DNA from: Candidatus Ozemobacteraceae bacterium
GTDB lineage: Bacteria; Muiribacteriota; Ozemobacteria; Ozemobacterales; Ozemobacteraceae
NCBI GenBank assembly: GCA_965140445.1
Contig: OZ223236.1
Location: 3,360,001 to 3,424,000 of the forward strand
Direction: 5' to 3'
DNA length: 64,000 nt
Shown: in pieces, positions 21,838 to 30,996 of the stretch
Numbering within the stretch: position 1 is the stretch's first letter
Layout: every line of letters starts with the position of its first letter
Program-made: the position numbers and the translations under genes
Notes under the pieces: generated by a model
What the model saw: the letters and a program-made list of their open reading frames with translations, nothing else
Told to the model about the DNA's origin: nothing
The model's database searches: none

Positions 21838-23100
21838 ATGAGACAATCAAAACTTTTTACCAAAACATCAAAAACCTTACCTAAAGATGAAGTAAGCCTT
21901 AATTCACAGCTGCTTTTAAAAAGCGGTTTCATAGATAAAGAGATCGCTGGTGCATATTCATTTCTGCCGTTAGGACTAAGAGTTTTAAATAAAATCATCA
22001 ATGTCATTCGTGAAGAAATGAATGCCATAGGTGGTCAGGAAATCATGCTAACCGCACTCCAATCTCCAGCAACATGGGAAGCAACCGATCGCTGGGATGA
22101 TCAAAAGATGGATGTGTGGTTCAAAACAGAACTGAAAAATGGAAATCAACTTGGGCTGGCTCCAACACATGAAGAACCTCTGACCAAGTTAATGAAAAAG
22201 TTCATTAATTCTTATAAAGATCTTCCTGCATTTCCTTATCAGTTTCAAACTAAATTCAGAAACGAAATGAGAGCAAAATCAGGAATCTTGCGAACTCGTG
22301 AATTTATCATGAAAGACCTTTACTCTTTTTGTAAAAACCAGGAAGAGTTGGATGAATACTACGAAATAGCCAAGAAAGCATACATCAAGATCTTTGATCG
22401 ATTAGGTCTTGGTGAAATAACTTATGTAACTTATGCATCTGGTGGAACTTTCTGCAAATTCAGTCATGAATTTCAAACCCTTTGTGAATATGGTGAAGAC
22501 TTGATCTATATCAACGAAGAAAAAAATGTTGCCATTAACAGAGAAATTTTTGAAGACGAACTTGTAGCTGAATTTGGTCTTACCAAAGCAGACTTTGTAG
22601 AAAAGAAAGCTATTGAAGTAGGAAACATCTTTAAACTAGGTACTAAATTCTCGGATGGCCTTGGACTTAGCTATGTTGATGAAACAGGAGCAAAAAATCC
22701 TGTAATAATGGGAAGCTATGGTATTGGGCCTGCAAGGGTTATGGGTACAATAGTGGAAACCAGAAACGATGAACGCGGTATAATCTGGCCAAAAGAAGTT
22801 GCGCCATACCATGTACACATTATTTCCCTTGGTAAAGATGAAACAGTTCAGCAAGAATCTGAAAAACTCTATAACCTGCTTAACTCCAAAAATATTGAAG
22901 TACTTTGGGATGACCGCTTAAATGTTAATCCTGGAGCAAAATTTGCTGATTCAGATCTTATCGGATGTCCTGTAAGAATAACTGTAAGCGGCAAAAACAT
23001 TGAAAAAGAACAATATGAAGTTAAAAGAAGAGCTGGTGGAGATCCTGAATTTGTTCCACAAGCTGATATAGTTAGCTTCCTCGAAAATGAATTGAAATAA
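21838..23100 (+). CDS. proS: Prolyl-tRNA synthetase, short form without editing domain
   Basis: PTHEE, QTKFRNE..R.REFIMKDLYSF, EVGNIFKLG, MGSYGIG, anticodon-binding C-terminus. Start at ATG 21838. Confidence 0.92.
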   Translation: MRQSKLFTKTSKTLPKDEVSLNSQLLLKSGFIDKEIAGAYSFLPLGLRVLNKIINVIREEMNAIGGQEIMLTALQSPATWEATDRWDDQKMDVWFKTELKNGNQLGLAPTHEEPLTKLMKKFINSYKDLPAFPYQFQTKFRNEMRAKSGILRTREFIMKDLYSFCKNQEELDEYYEIAKKAYIKIFDRLGLGEITYVTYASGGTFCKFSHEFQTLCEYGEDLIYINEEKNVAINREIFEDELVAEFGLTKADFVEKKAIEVGNIFKLGTKFSDGLGLSYVDETGAKNPVIMGSYGIGPARVMGTIVETRNDERGIIWPKEVAPYHVHIISLGKDETVQQESEKLYNLLNSKNIEVLWDDRLNVNPGAKFADSDLIGCPVRITVSGKNIEKEQYEVKRRAGGDPEFVPQADIVSFLENELK

Positions 23101-23113
23101 TCAATTAGATAAA

Positions 23114-23155
23114 AACCGCTCGCTAGTTTATTAATTGGCGAGCGGTTCTTTTTTT
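23114..23155 (+). terminator. Intrinsic terminator after proS
   Basis: AACCGCTCGC/GCGAGCGGTT stem plus T run. Confidence 0.8.
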
Positions 23156-23238
23156 AACTCTTTTTAAGCGTGCATAGCTCGGTGCACAAACAGCAAAGAG
23201 TAGGGGACTGATTTTATTAATTTAGCGGCCTATCAAAA

Positions 23239-24057
23239 TCAAAGTGCCGGCATTCTCTTAATTCTTTGCAAAGCCCTTAAATAGGCTTCTCTTCTTTTAA
23301 TGTATCCAGAACTGCCATCACCATATGGGACGTATTCAGAAACCTGAAATCCATCTTTTACCATTAAAACTTTAGTCTCTTCAGCCAATCCTTTTAGAAA
23401 ACCAAAAGTTACTTGACCCTTTTTTTCATCGCCAATAATGGTCTGACAATTTTTCAAAACCAGAGGATCATGGGTTCCAACATCAAATGTCTTTCCTGAA
23501 GCAATTGCCTTTTGGAAAAAACTCATAAAGCGGTCTTGAATCAATGTAAAATCAGTGATATCGCCAAGATATGCTCCTTTAACCAGTCTAATTTTTAATC
23601 GGTTATCCAGAGCATCTTTAAAGTCTTGAACAGTTCTATCTAAATAAGCCTGCAAAGCCAATACAATACAATTTCCTTCCAATGCTTTCTTTTGCGCCAG
23701 GCTAATTGTTTCTGCAACAGATGGAGTGCCTTCCATGTCTATTTCTGCCAGGACCGATGCTTCTTTTGCTTTAGTCAGAATTTTATCAAGCATTTCTTCG
23801 GCAAGGTCCTTGTCAAAGCTAAGGCCAATGGCTGACAGTTTTAATGCAACCGAGCCACCAACGATACCTGCATCGTTGATTTCTGAAATACATTTAATGT
23901 ATTCATTTGCAGAGGCTACGGCCTGGTCCTTATTTGATGCATACTCACCCAAGGGGTCGAGGGTTACTTTAATTCCCTGGGTTTGTCTCTTTAGACACCA
24001 ATCAATAGCCTCTGATAAATCACTGAAAGCCCATCTATTGTTTTGTTGATCTTCCAT
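23239..24057 (-). CDS. Monofunctional proline dehydrogenase
   Basis: LKLS, IDME, LQAYL, RLVKGAY, GTHD, YVPYG...YIKRR. Confidence 0.85.
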   Translation of the reverse strand: MEDQQNNRWAFSDLSEAIDWCLKRQTQGIKVTLDPLGEYASNKDQAVASANEYIKCISEINDAGIVGGSVALKLSAIGLSFDKDLAEEMLDKILTKAKEASVLAEIDMEGTPSVAETISLAQKKALEGNCIVLALQAYLDRTVQDFKDALDNRLKIRLVKGAYLGDITDFTLIQDRFMSFFQKAIASGKTFDVGTHDPLVLKNCQTIIGDEKKGQVTFGFLKGLAEETKVLMVKDGFQVSEYVPYGDGSSGYIKRREAYLRALQRIKRMPAL

Positions 24058-24636
24058 AAATCTAAATTACTACAAATAAATGACAATGGTCAATCTGATA
24101 GCTTTCATTAGCAAATCTAATATTTGATTAAAACTATGATTATGAATTTTTTCACAAAGAGTAGGTGAGTTTTTGAATTTTTAGCTATTTAGATTTTTAG
24201 CTATTTGGATTTTTTTCGACCTAAAAAACTCAGTTTTTGGTCTAAAATGTAAAATCAAGCAAAAAAGACTTAAAAAAGGGGGAAAACTTTCAATTTCGAA
24301 AGAAAAATGCCTAAAAGGTATAAGAACTCCAGAAACTTAAAAAAAATCTCTTATTTGGGCTCTAATTTGCTACTTTTTTTTTATTAGTTGAGATGAACCT
24401 GAAAAATTTCTGGAATGCCTATTGTTTTCATAAAAAAATTGTAGAAAGCAAAAAAACAAAAGAGTAGTTCCAAAATTTTTACTTCAATCTGATTTTATTC
24501 AATTTGAAAAAAAGAGAAATAATATTCTGTAGAATCTATATTTTTAAGTTCCAGGTAATTGAAAAGTTTTGAACTTCAAAAAAACTTAATATTAAAAAAA
24601 GCCAATATTAAGTATAAATACCAATTACAATTCTTG

Positions 24637-24664
24637 GGTTTACATAATATTTATTATCAGACTC
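24637..24664 (-). other. dif: dif site (XerCD chromosome dimer resolution)
   Basis: Minus strand reads GAGTCTGATAA-TAAATA-TTATGTAAACC, an 11-6-11 layout with ATAA/TTAT inner arms like E. coli dif, inside a 750-bp intergenic gap. Confidence 0.85.
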
Positions 24665-24809
24665 AAAGAAATCTACTATATACCCAATAAACCTTTATTA
24701 AAGCCCAATACAGCCTCATTACCCTGCGACCATTTGATAATTATCAGATGATTATATATATCGCAAATCTTGACTAAGTTTGATTCTATGATTAAGATAC
24801 CACTTAATT

Positions 24810-25643
24810 ATGAATTTATCAGACTTAACATCATCACAAATAGCAGAATTAGACAAAGAGAATTATATCGTTATAATTCCTCTCGGATCAGTTGAGCAAC
24901 ATGGCCCGCATCTTCCGGTTGGTACAAAAAGTTATCTGGCAGAAGCTGTAGCTTTTGAAGCTTTAAAGAACCTTAAGGCAGATTCTATACAAACGATTAT
25001 TGCTCCTCTTGTTCCGTTCATGCCGTGCCAGGTAAACTTTGGGTTTACATCCAATTTTTCTATTGGCGCAAGAACCTTTTCCGATGCTTTGTATGAAATT
25101 GGATGTTGCTTTCAACGTGAAGGATTTAAAAGAATTTATTTTGTTAATCTTTCTATTTCTCCAGATGCCATAAAAGCTATTGCTGTTGCAATTGATGACT
25201 TGAATACCTTACCAGATTTTCATGCTTATGATCCTATGCCTCTATGGAACTTCTCTCCTAACGAGACCTTCAATGACAGCCTGAAAAACCTTGGATTAGA
25301 GCCTGGAAATGAACTTCATGCCGATGTTAAGGAAACAAGTGCAATGCTTTCGATTGATCCGGAATTCGTTGATTCAAATCTGATTGCCAGCCTTCCACCA
25401 TGTAAGGTTAATACTTCCTGGGAGGTTCTCAAGGGAAATTTCTCTTTTCAGGAAATGGGTTCGGACTACGGCTATCTTGGCACTCCATCTGCTGCCACCA
25501 GTGATCTTGGGAAACTTTATATTGAGGAAGCCGGTTATGGACTGTCTGAATCAATTAAATTTACCCTGGGTGGAAACCAGCTTCCAGAACTGCCGTTACA
25601 AATTCGTATGTTATTGAAAATGGTTGATTTGGATGAAATGTAA
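24810..25643 (+). CDS. Creatininase family protein with atypical active site
   Basis: IPLGSVEQHGPHLPVGT, HADVKETS, GYLGTP..AT..LG. Confidence 0.8.
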   Translation: MNLSDLTSSQIAELDKENYIVIIPLGSVEQHGPHLPVGTKSYLAEAVAFEALKNLKADSIQTIIAPLVPFMPCQVNFGFTSNFSIGARTFSDALYEIGCCFQREGFKRIYFVNLSISPDAIKAIAVAIDDLNTLPDFHAYDPMPLWNFSPNETFNDSLKNLGLEPGNELHADVKETSAMLSIDPEFVDSNLIASLPPCKVNTSWEVLKGNFSFQEMGSDYGYLGTPSAATSDLGKLYIEEAGYGLSESIKFTLGGNQLPELPLQIRMLLKMVDLDEM

Positions 25644-25705
25644 TCTCTAAGCAGAATTACCGGTGCTTTCCAATTTTTTATTGGGTCACTTTTATTGGGA
25701 CACTT

Positions 25706-27115
25706 TTATTGCGAAACCTTTTCCGCCACCACAACCTGTGTTAAACCTGGTAACTTAAGATTTTTTTCCCAGAAAGCCAATTTATTAACTAATGTGTCGG
25801 CTATTTTAGCAAAAACCAGCGGCAATTCTTCCCTGTCAGCCTTTTTAATTAAATATTTCCAGATAATTAAGGCCGGGTAATTGGATTGAAATGTGCTCAA
25901 AACCCTAAAGCCGCTTTTTTCAACCAGATCTATTGCCGATTTTTCTGAATAACGTCTCAGATAACCAAGTTTTCTCTCATAACTACCCATTTCCTGGTGA
26001 CCAGGAACTGAAATTAACAATCTTCCCTTATCTTTGAGCAAAGAGTGCAAATTATCTAAAATCATTTTTTCGTCCTGGAAAAATTGGAGCTGATTCAGAA
26101 AAATTGCGGTGTCAAAATTAGAAATCATTTCCGTTGGCGGCTTTTCTTCTATATTAAGATGAGCAACCTCCATCCTGTTTTTTCCCTCAAATCCTTTATC
26201 CAGTAAGTCCAGCAATTCTTTGCGAGATTCTGTAAGAGTTATCTTTTCTCTTATTGGAAGTATTCGGCTGATGCTTCCAATTCCTGAGCCTATTTCAATT
26301 ATGTTATCTCCTAAATATGGCCAAACTCCAAGAACTAAACGCTTTTGTGCATGATGAGTAAACTCAAGATCATCATATGAATTAAGAATCTGATCCTTCT
26401 GGTAACAATCATCTATAAGCCAGAACTTTAGAATCGTATAAATAGCAGCAAAACCGTCTTTCCAGGTAATCTTTTTACCTTCGCCGTAGCTTCTTCCATT
26501 GTAAGAAACTGGAACTTCGTAGATGGTACAATGACGTTTCGCAACTTTAGCTGTGATTTCTGGTTCAATTCCAAATCTACAGGATCTGAACGGAATTGTT
26601 TTTAAAACATCAGCTCTAAATGCTTTATATCCCGTTTCCATGTCGGTCAGATTCAGCCCCGTGGCTAAGTTGCTCAAAAAAGTAAGAAATTTATTTCCCG
26701 CCTGATGGTGATAATTCAAAATTTTTCGGGCTGGTGAGATAGTGAAACGAGAGCCATAAACCACATCAGCCAATCCATCCAGCAAAGGCTTCAGCACAGC
26801 AGGAATATCTGCTGGATCATATTCCATGTCAGCATCCTGGAAAAGTATGAATTCCCCGGAAGCTTCCGAAATACCTCGTTGTAACGCAGCACCCTTCCCA
26901 CAATTCTGATCCTGATAAACAGCTCTAAAAAAGTCAAAATCGTTTTCCAGTTCAGCCAAAACCTCTCGCGTCCCGTCAGTGGAACCATCATCAACAGCAA
27001 TAATCTCAAGGCTTAATGGCAAAGTCTGGCAAACCTTACCCAGTTTGCTAATACATTCATGGATAAAGGGCCGCTCATTGAACACAGGAACAATTATTGA
27101 AAGCTTCTTACTCAT
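25706..27115 (-). CDS. GT2 polyprenol-phosphate glycosyltransferase fused to class I SAM methyltransferase-like domain
   Basis: IIVPVFNE, VDDGSTDGT, QDADMEY, DMETGYK; C-terminal IEIGSGIG. Start at ATG 27115. Confidence 0.85.
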   Translation of the reverse strand: MSKKLSIIVPVFNERPFIHECISKLGKVCQTLPLSLEIIAVDDGSTDGTREVLAELENDFDFFRAVYQDQNCGKGAALQRGISEASGEFILFQDADMEYDPADIPAVLKPLLDGLADVVYGSRFTISPARKILNYHHQAGNKFLTFLSNLATGLNLTDMETGYKAFRADVLKTIPFRSCRFGIEPEITAKVAKRHCTIYEVPVSYNGRSYGEGKKITWKDGFAAIYTILKFWLIDDCYQKDQILNSYDDLEFTHHAQKRLVLGVWPYLGDNIIEIGSGIGSISRILPIREKITLTESRKELLDLLDKGFEGKNRMEVAHLNIEEKPPTEMISNFDTAIFLNQLQFFQDEKMILDNLHSLLKDKGRLLISVPGHQEMGSYERKLGYLRRYSEKSAIDLVEKSGFRVLSTFQSNYPALIIWKYLIKKADREELPLVFAKIADTLVNKLAFWEKNLKLPGLTQVVVAEKVSQ

Positions 27116-28997
27116 GCCGAAAAACCAAAATTTCCAAGATTTTCCTGATTTTTGCATACTCAGGGTTGTTGGGATCAAAGTCCTTTGAATTCACAAAATA
27201 AGCATACCACAAGATTGGATTAATTTTACTAGCAGAAGCGTCTGCTTCAAACCCTTCACACCCAGTCGCCGCCAGAAAGCCCCTTAACAAGTGATTCGCC
27301 TGGTTCTTGAGAAGTGAGTTTTTCCAAATGGTCCAGCCCCTGATTTTGTCATTGAGCACCTTATACACGTAACAGCCCTTTATTAGAGCGATGTCTTCAT
27401 AATTGATGTCGTTTTTTATAACAAAATCCAACTCTTTCTCTATAGATTTAAGGGTAAGGTTGCTGCGGATATCTCCTGTTAAAACCATATTTGTGAAGCC
27501 AACAAGCCTGAGCCTGATTCCGTTTATGTTCTGTGGATCTAATTCCAGAGCTTTTCCAGCCCATTCAAATTGTTGATTATAATCATTAATTCTAGCGCTG
27601 CTTTGTGCCATGAGAAGCATATCAGATACGTATGTGTCCGTGCTTTTTGCATCAAAAAAATTGTTGAAAGTAAGAAAGCTCAAAGCAATCAAAATAACCA
27701 AACTTTTTGCCCCGAATAGCCTTTGTTTATCGATAAGAAATACTCCAGAAGCCAGTATTGTAACAAAAGGCACTAATAGCATTCTGAATCTTGCGCTTAC
27801 ATAAAAGCCTAATATGCCTATAGATAAAAGGCAAATTGCCAGACACAGTAATTTAAATTTTCTTGTCCAGGTGTTATGTAAACCTAACACCATTCCTGCC
27901 ATAACAAAAATCAGGGCCCAACAGATCGGATTGTATCTCAAAGTCGGTATCAAAGCCTTGTGAAAAGAAAATGTTTTGTTATTGTACTGTTCAAAATTAT
28001 TAAAGAGATAAAAAACTTTCTTTATATATAAATAAATCCAGGCTTTCGGGTTAGAGCAAATATCAGACAAGGTTCTATTGCGCCAATAGGCATTAAACTT
28101 ATCAATACTGAAATTTTGGTTGCTGGATTTGTTTTCTTTTTGATAGAGAATTTCCGATTCCAATCGACCAGGATTTCTGGAAAGCTGCCTGTCTGGCAAA
28201 TAAATAGTCTGTTTATAATACCGGCCGTTGGCACCTGATTTATTTGCTGAATACAGGTTATAAGCTCCTTGCCATGGAAGCAGCCGAAACTGCCCCCCTA
28301 CCCTCAGATTAACAATTCCGCCGCCTATAATCGTTATGAGCAGACCGGCAAAAGCAAACATCGCCATACGTTTCTTTTGTTTAAATAGAAATGGAGTCAA
28401 AACAAAAATACCAGCTAAAGGAAGAACGTTTGCTCTGATTAATGAACCAATTCCAAGAACTATGCCCGCAAGTAATCCACTAAGATCCTTTCTTGAATCC
28501 TGCAAAAAAAGGTAAAAAGATCCCAATGCAAAGGTCAATCCCATTGTTATATCAAGCGGATCTACTGCAAAATAAACCACAAGAGGATTTAAGCCATAAA
28601 TTAGCAGAACAAACAACGATGAATAAACATTCTCCCATAAAAAACCGGCGAGCAATGTAACAAGAAGAGTGTTAACCAGGTGAAAGATTAATCCGCTTAT
28701 CCCGACGAATTGCATTATATTTTCGGGATTTGCGCCAAACTTAAACAGCAACGACAGAAAAAATGGGTAGCCCATCGCTCTGTAGAATGGTTCTTCAGGA
28801 AGATTGTTTGATAAGATTTTCTGTGCAAGAGCAACATTTTCCGCCCCATCAAGAACAGGCTCCTGTCCAAGTGGAGTTTGCCAAAAGCTCAAAAGGTGAA
28901 TGAAAAAATAAAGAACAATTATTAAAAATAGAACCTTAAAAATATTTTGTGAACTGTATCCACAAATTGTTTTTCTATTTTCAAACTCTGTATTCAT
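27108..28997 (-). CDS. GT-C (PMT/ArnT-like) integral membrane glycosyltransferase
   Basis: Many TMs, luminal PVLD, FYRAMGYP, ARFR motif, TPR-like tail. Confidence 0.7.
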   Translation of the reverse strand: MNTEFENRKTICGYSSQNIFKVLFLIIVLYFFIHLLSFWQTPLGQEPVLDGAENVALAQKILSNNLPEEPFYRAMGYPFFLSLLFKFGANPENIMQFVGISGLIFHLVNTLLVTLLAGFLWENVYSSLFVLLIYGLNPLVVYFAVDPLDITMGLTFALGSFYLFLQDSRKDLSGLLAGIVLGIGSLIRANVLPLAGIFVLTPFLFKQKKRMAMFAFAGLLITIIGGGIVNLRVGGQFRLLPWQGAYNLYSANKSGANGRYYKQTIYLPDRQLSRNPGRLESEILYQKENKSSNQNFSIDKFNAYWRNRTLSDICSNPKAWIYLYIKKVFYLFNNFEQYNNKTFSFHKALIPTLRYNPICWALIFVMAGMVLGLHNTWTRKFKLLCLAICLLSIGILGFYVSARFRMLLVPFVTILASGVFLIDKQRLFGAKSLVILIALSFLTFNNFFDAKSTDTYVSDMLLMAQSSARINDYNQQFEWAGKALELDPQNINGIRLRLVGFTNMVLTGDIRSNLTLKSIEKELDFVIKNDINYEDIALIKGCYVYKVLNDKIRGWTIWKNSLLKNQANHLLRGFLAATGCEGFEADASASKINPILWYAYFVNSKDFDPNNPEYAKIRKILEILVFRHE

Positions 28998-29018
28998 AAA
29001 CTTACTTCTGCTCGCTTT

Positions 29019-29738
29019 TTATTTTTTAGCAATCAGTAAAAGATTTTTCCCAAAGGGCGGAGTGAACTTTTTCTCTACCTTTCTAAGAAAAGGAACAACC
29101 AGATTGTCGTACAATGCAACATTACTACAAGATGGTTCTTGTTTTAACATTACAAATGCAAAAAACCATGGCACAATGCCCAGAGAGTCAAAGTATTTTG
29201 ATTGAACCACCTTAAAACCAGCTTTTTTAACTTTTTCTTCAAGTGGTTCCTTGCGATAACGGCGATAATGCCCCACCCTTTTATCAAAATTACTGTAAAG
29301 AAAGTTAAAAGCAGGAACAAATATTAATAATGTTCCATCATCTTTTAAAACTTTAAAGGCGGTTTCTAAAGCTGAAAAATCGTTTTTGATATGCTCCAGA
29401 ACATTAATAAATAGAACTGAATCAAAGTTTTCTGATTTTCTAAAACTATTATTCTTAAATGGGCCATTGATTAGCTCAACTATTTTATTTTTCGCAAACC
29501 GTTTTGCCAGTTCAGGAAAAATGTTCTCTGATGGCTCAATAGCTACAAGCTGTTCAGGATTACTTTGCAGCAATATTTCTGAAAAACTACCATTTCCTGC
29601 TCCCACTTCGATTAATCTCTTTCCTATAAAGGGCTTGAGTTCATCATAAATCCAGGAATGATAGTTTACCGCAAAATTCATGGCTTCTAGATCTTTGCCG
29701 TAATACTTAGCTTTTTCAGTTTTATTGCTTATTTCCAT
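29019..29738 (-). CDS. Class I SAM-dependent methyltransferase
   Basis: IEVGAGNG, NVLEHI, FVPA...D..VGHYRRY. Confidence 0.88.
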   Translation of the reverse strand: MEISNKTEKAKYYGKDLEAMNFAVNYHSWIYDELKPFIGKRLIEVGAGNGSFSEILLQSNPEQLVAIEPSENIFPELAKRFAKNKIVELINGPFKNNSFRKSENFDSVLFINVLEHIKNDFSALETAFKVLKDDGTLLIFVPAFNFLYSNFDKRVGHYRRYRKEPLEEKVKKAGFKVVQSKYFDSLGIVPWFFAFVMLKQEPSCSNVALYDNLVVPFLRKVEKKFTPPFGKNLLLIAKK

Positions 29739-30029
29739 ATATAATAGAGATTTACCACAATTCCTCTTGTTGTGTACACAAAATTCTAAATGTTATGTAA
29801 ACCAGATTAATTTAAATTTGCTCTGAAATCTTATTTCTGGCTTTTTTGTTAACAATTATGTATGCTAGTGACCAGCAAAAAGAAGCGAATAAAAAAAAAT
29901 CAAAGTTTTTTAAAACTTTACTGGAATTTTTTTCTTTTTCGTGCTAATATTTGGATTCCCATGATTAACACAGCCCTGTAAATCATCGGTTTAACCTTCA
30001 AACCTTCTTTAAACTATTGGGGGGTATAA

Positions 30030-30341
30030 ATGTACGCCATTATCGAATTAGGTGGAAGACAGTATAACGTAGAAAAAGGCAGCAGAATTCGCTGCGAAAA
30101 ACTTGCTCAGGAAGCAAATGCTACTATTTCCATAGACAAAGTTCTCATGGTTAAAGATGGTGAAAAAGTGCAAGTTGGACAGCCCTATCTCAAGGGTGCT
30201 GAAGTAAAAGCAAAAGTTGTTGGTCATGCACGTGGAAAGAAAGTTATTGTTTTTAAATATAAAAGCAAAAGCAACTACCGCAGAAAACTTGGCCACAGAC
30301 AGCATTTTACCAGTCTTCTTATCGAAGATATTAAATGCTAA
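30030..30341 (+). CDS. rplU: 50S ribosomal protein L21
   Basis: MYAIIELGGRQY...GHRQ. Confidence 0.97.
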   Translation: MYAIIELGGRQYNVEKGSRIRCEKLAQEANATISIDKVLMVKDGEKVQVGQPYLKGAEVKAKVVGHARGKKVIVFKYKSKSNYRRKLGHRQHFTSLLIEDIKC

Positions 30342-30674
30342 ATGATTTTTGTCGACTTTCCGCCACCCGGAAAGAAGAGCGTTAGTTTAAAAATTAGCGG
30401 TCATTCCGGGATGGATGAGAAAGGTAAAGATATTGTCTGTTCGGCAGTATCGGCCCTTGCTCAAACATTTGCGGGTGGAATTGAAAGTCAACTGCAGGCA
30501 AAAGTTTCTGGCAAGTTGGAAGCGGGTCACTGTGATCTGATTTTCCAAGTGCCAGAAAAGTTTGCAAGTGATCTGGCAAAAATTTGTGAAATTTTTAGGT
30601 TCGGGTTCCATAAGATTGCAAAATCGTATCCGGAACATGTAAAATTGATTAAATCACCTCAGGGGGATAAGTAA
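30342..30674 (+). CDS. prp: Ribosomal-processing cysteine protease Prp
   Basis: SGHS...DIVCSAVS catalytic His/Cys; located between rplU and rpmA. Confidence 0.9.
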   Translation: MIFVDFPPPGKKSVSLKISGHSGMDEKGKDIVCSAVSALAQTFAGGIESQLQAKVSGKLEAGHCDLIFQVPEKFASDLAKICEIFRFGFHKIAKSYPEHVKLIKSPQGDK

Positions 30675-30675
30675 T

Positions 30676-30939
30676 ATGGCTCATAAGAAAGGTCAAGGCT
30701 CAACCACTAACGGTCGTGATAGTAATGCTCAAAATTTGGGCGTTAAAAAATATGACGGGCAAGCAGTTATAGCCGGAAACATCATCATTCGTCAACGTGG
30801 AACACCAATCAATCCAGGCCTCAATGTTGGTCTTGGAAAAGATGATACCTTGTTCGCTCTTACCGATGGAACAGTAAAATTCGGTAGACGCAAAGCAAGA
30901 AGAGTTGTTGACGTTATTCCTACAGAATCTGTAGCGTAA
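30676..30939 (+). CDS. rpmA: 50S ribosomal protein L27
   Basis: [16 protein letters not shown]...IIRQRGT. Confidence 0.97.
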   Translation: MAHKKGQGSTTNGRDSNAQNLGVKKYDGQAVIAGNIIIRQRGTPINPGLNVGLGKDDTLFALTDGTVKFGRRKARRVVDVIPTESVA

Positions 30940-30951
30940 CTAACGATCAAT

Positions 30952-30983
30952 AAAAAACCGCCCTTTGCAGAGGGCGGTTTTTT
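30952..30983. terminator. Bidirectional intrinsic terminator
   Basis: AAAAAACCGCCCT-TTGCAG-AGGGCGGTTTTTT between convergent genes. Confidence 0.85.
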
Positions 30984-30996
30984 ATTGCCAATTTTT

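Noticed and set aside
23100..24057. Functional proS / proline dehydrogenase coupling or a T-box leader
   Set aside because: The genes are convergent with a terminator between them, and no T-box sequence was seen upstream of proS
29793..29803. Second dif-like site (TTATGTAAACC)
   Set aside because: It matches only the XerD arm; there is no XerC arm at the 6-bp spacing
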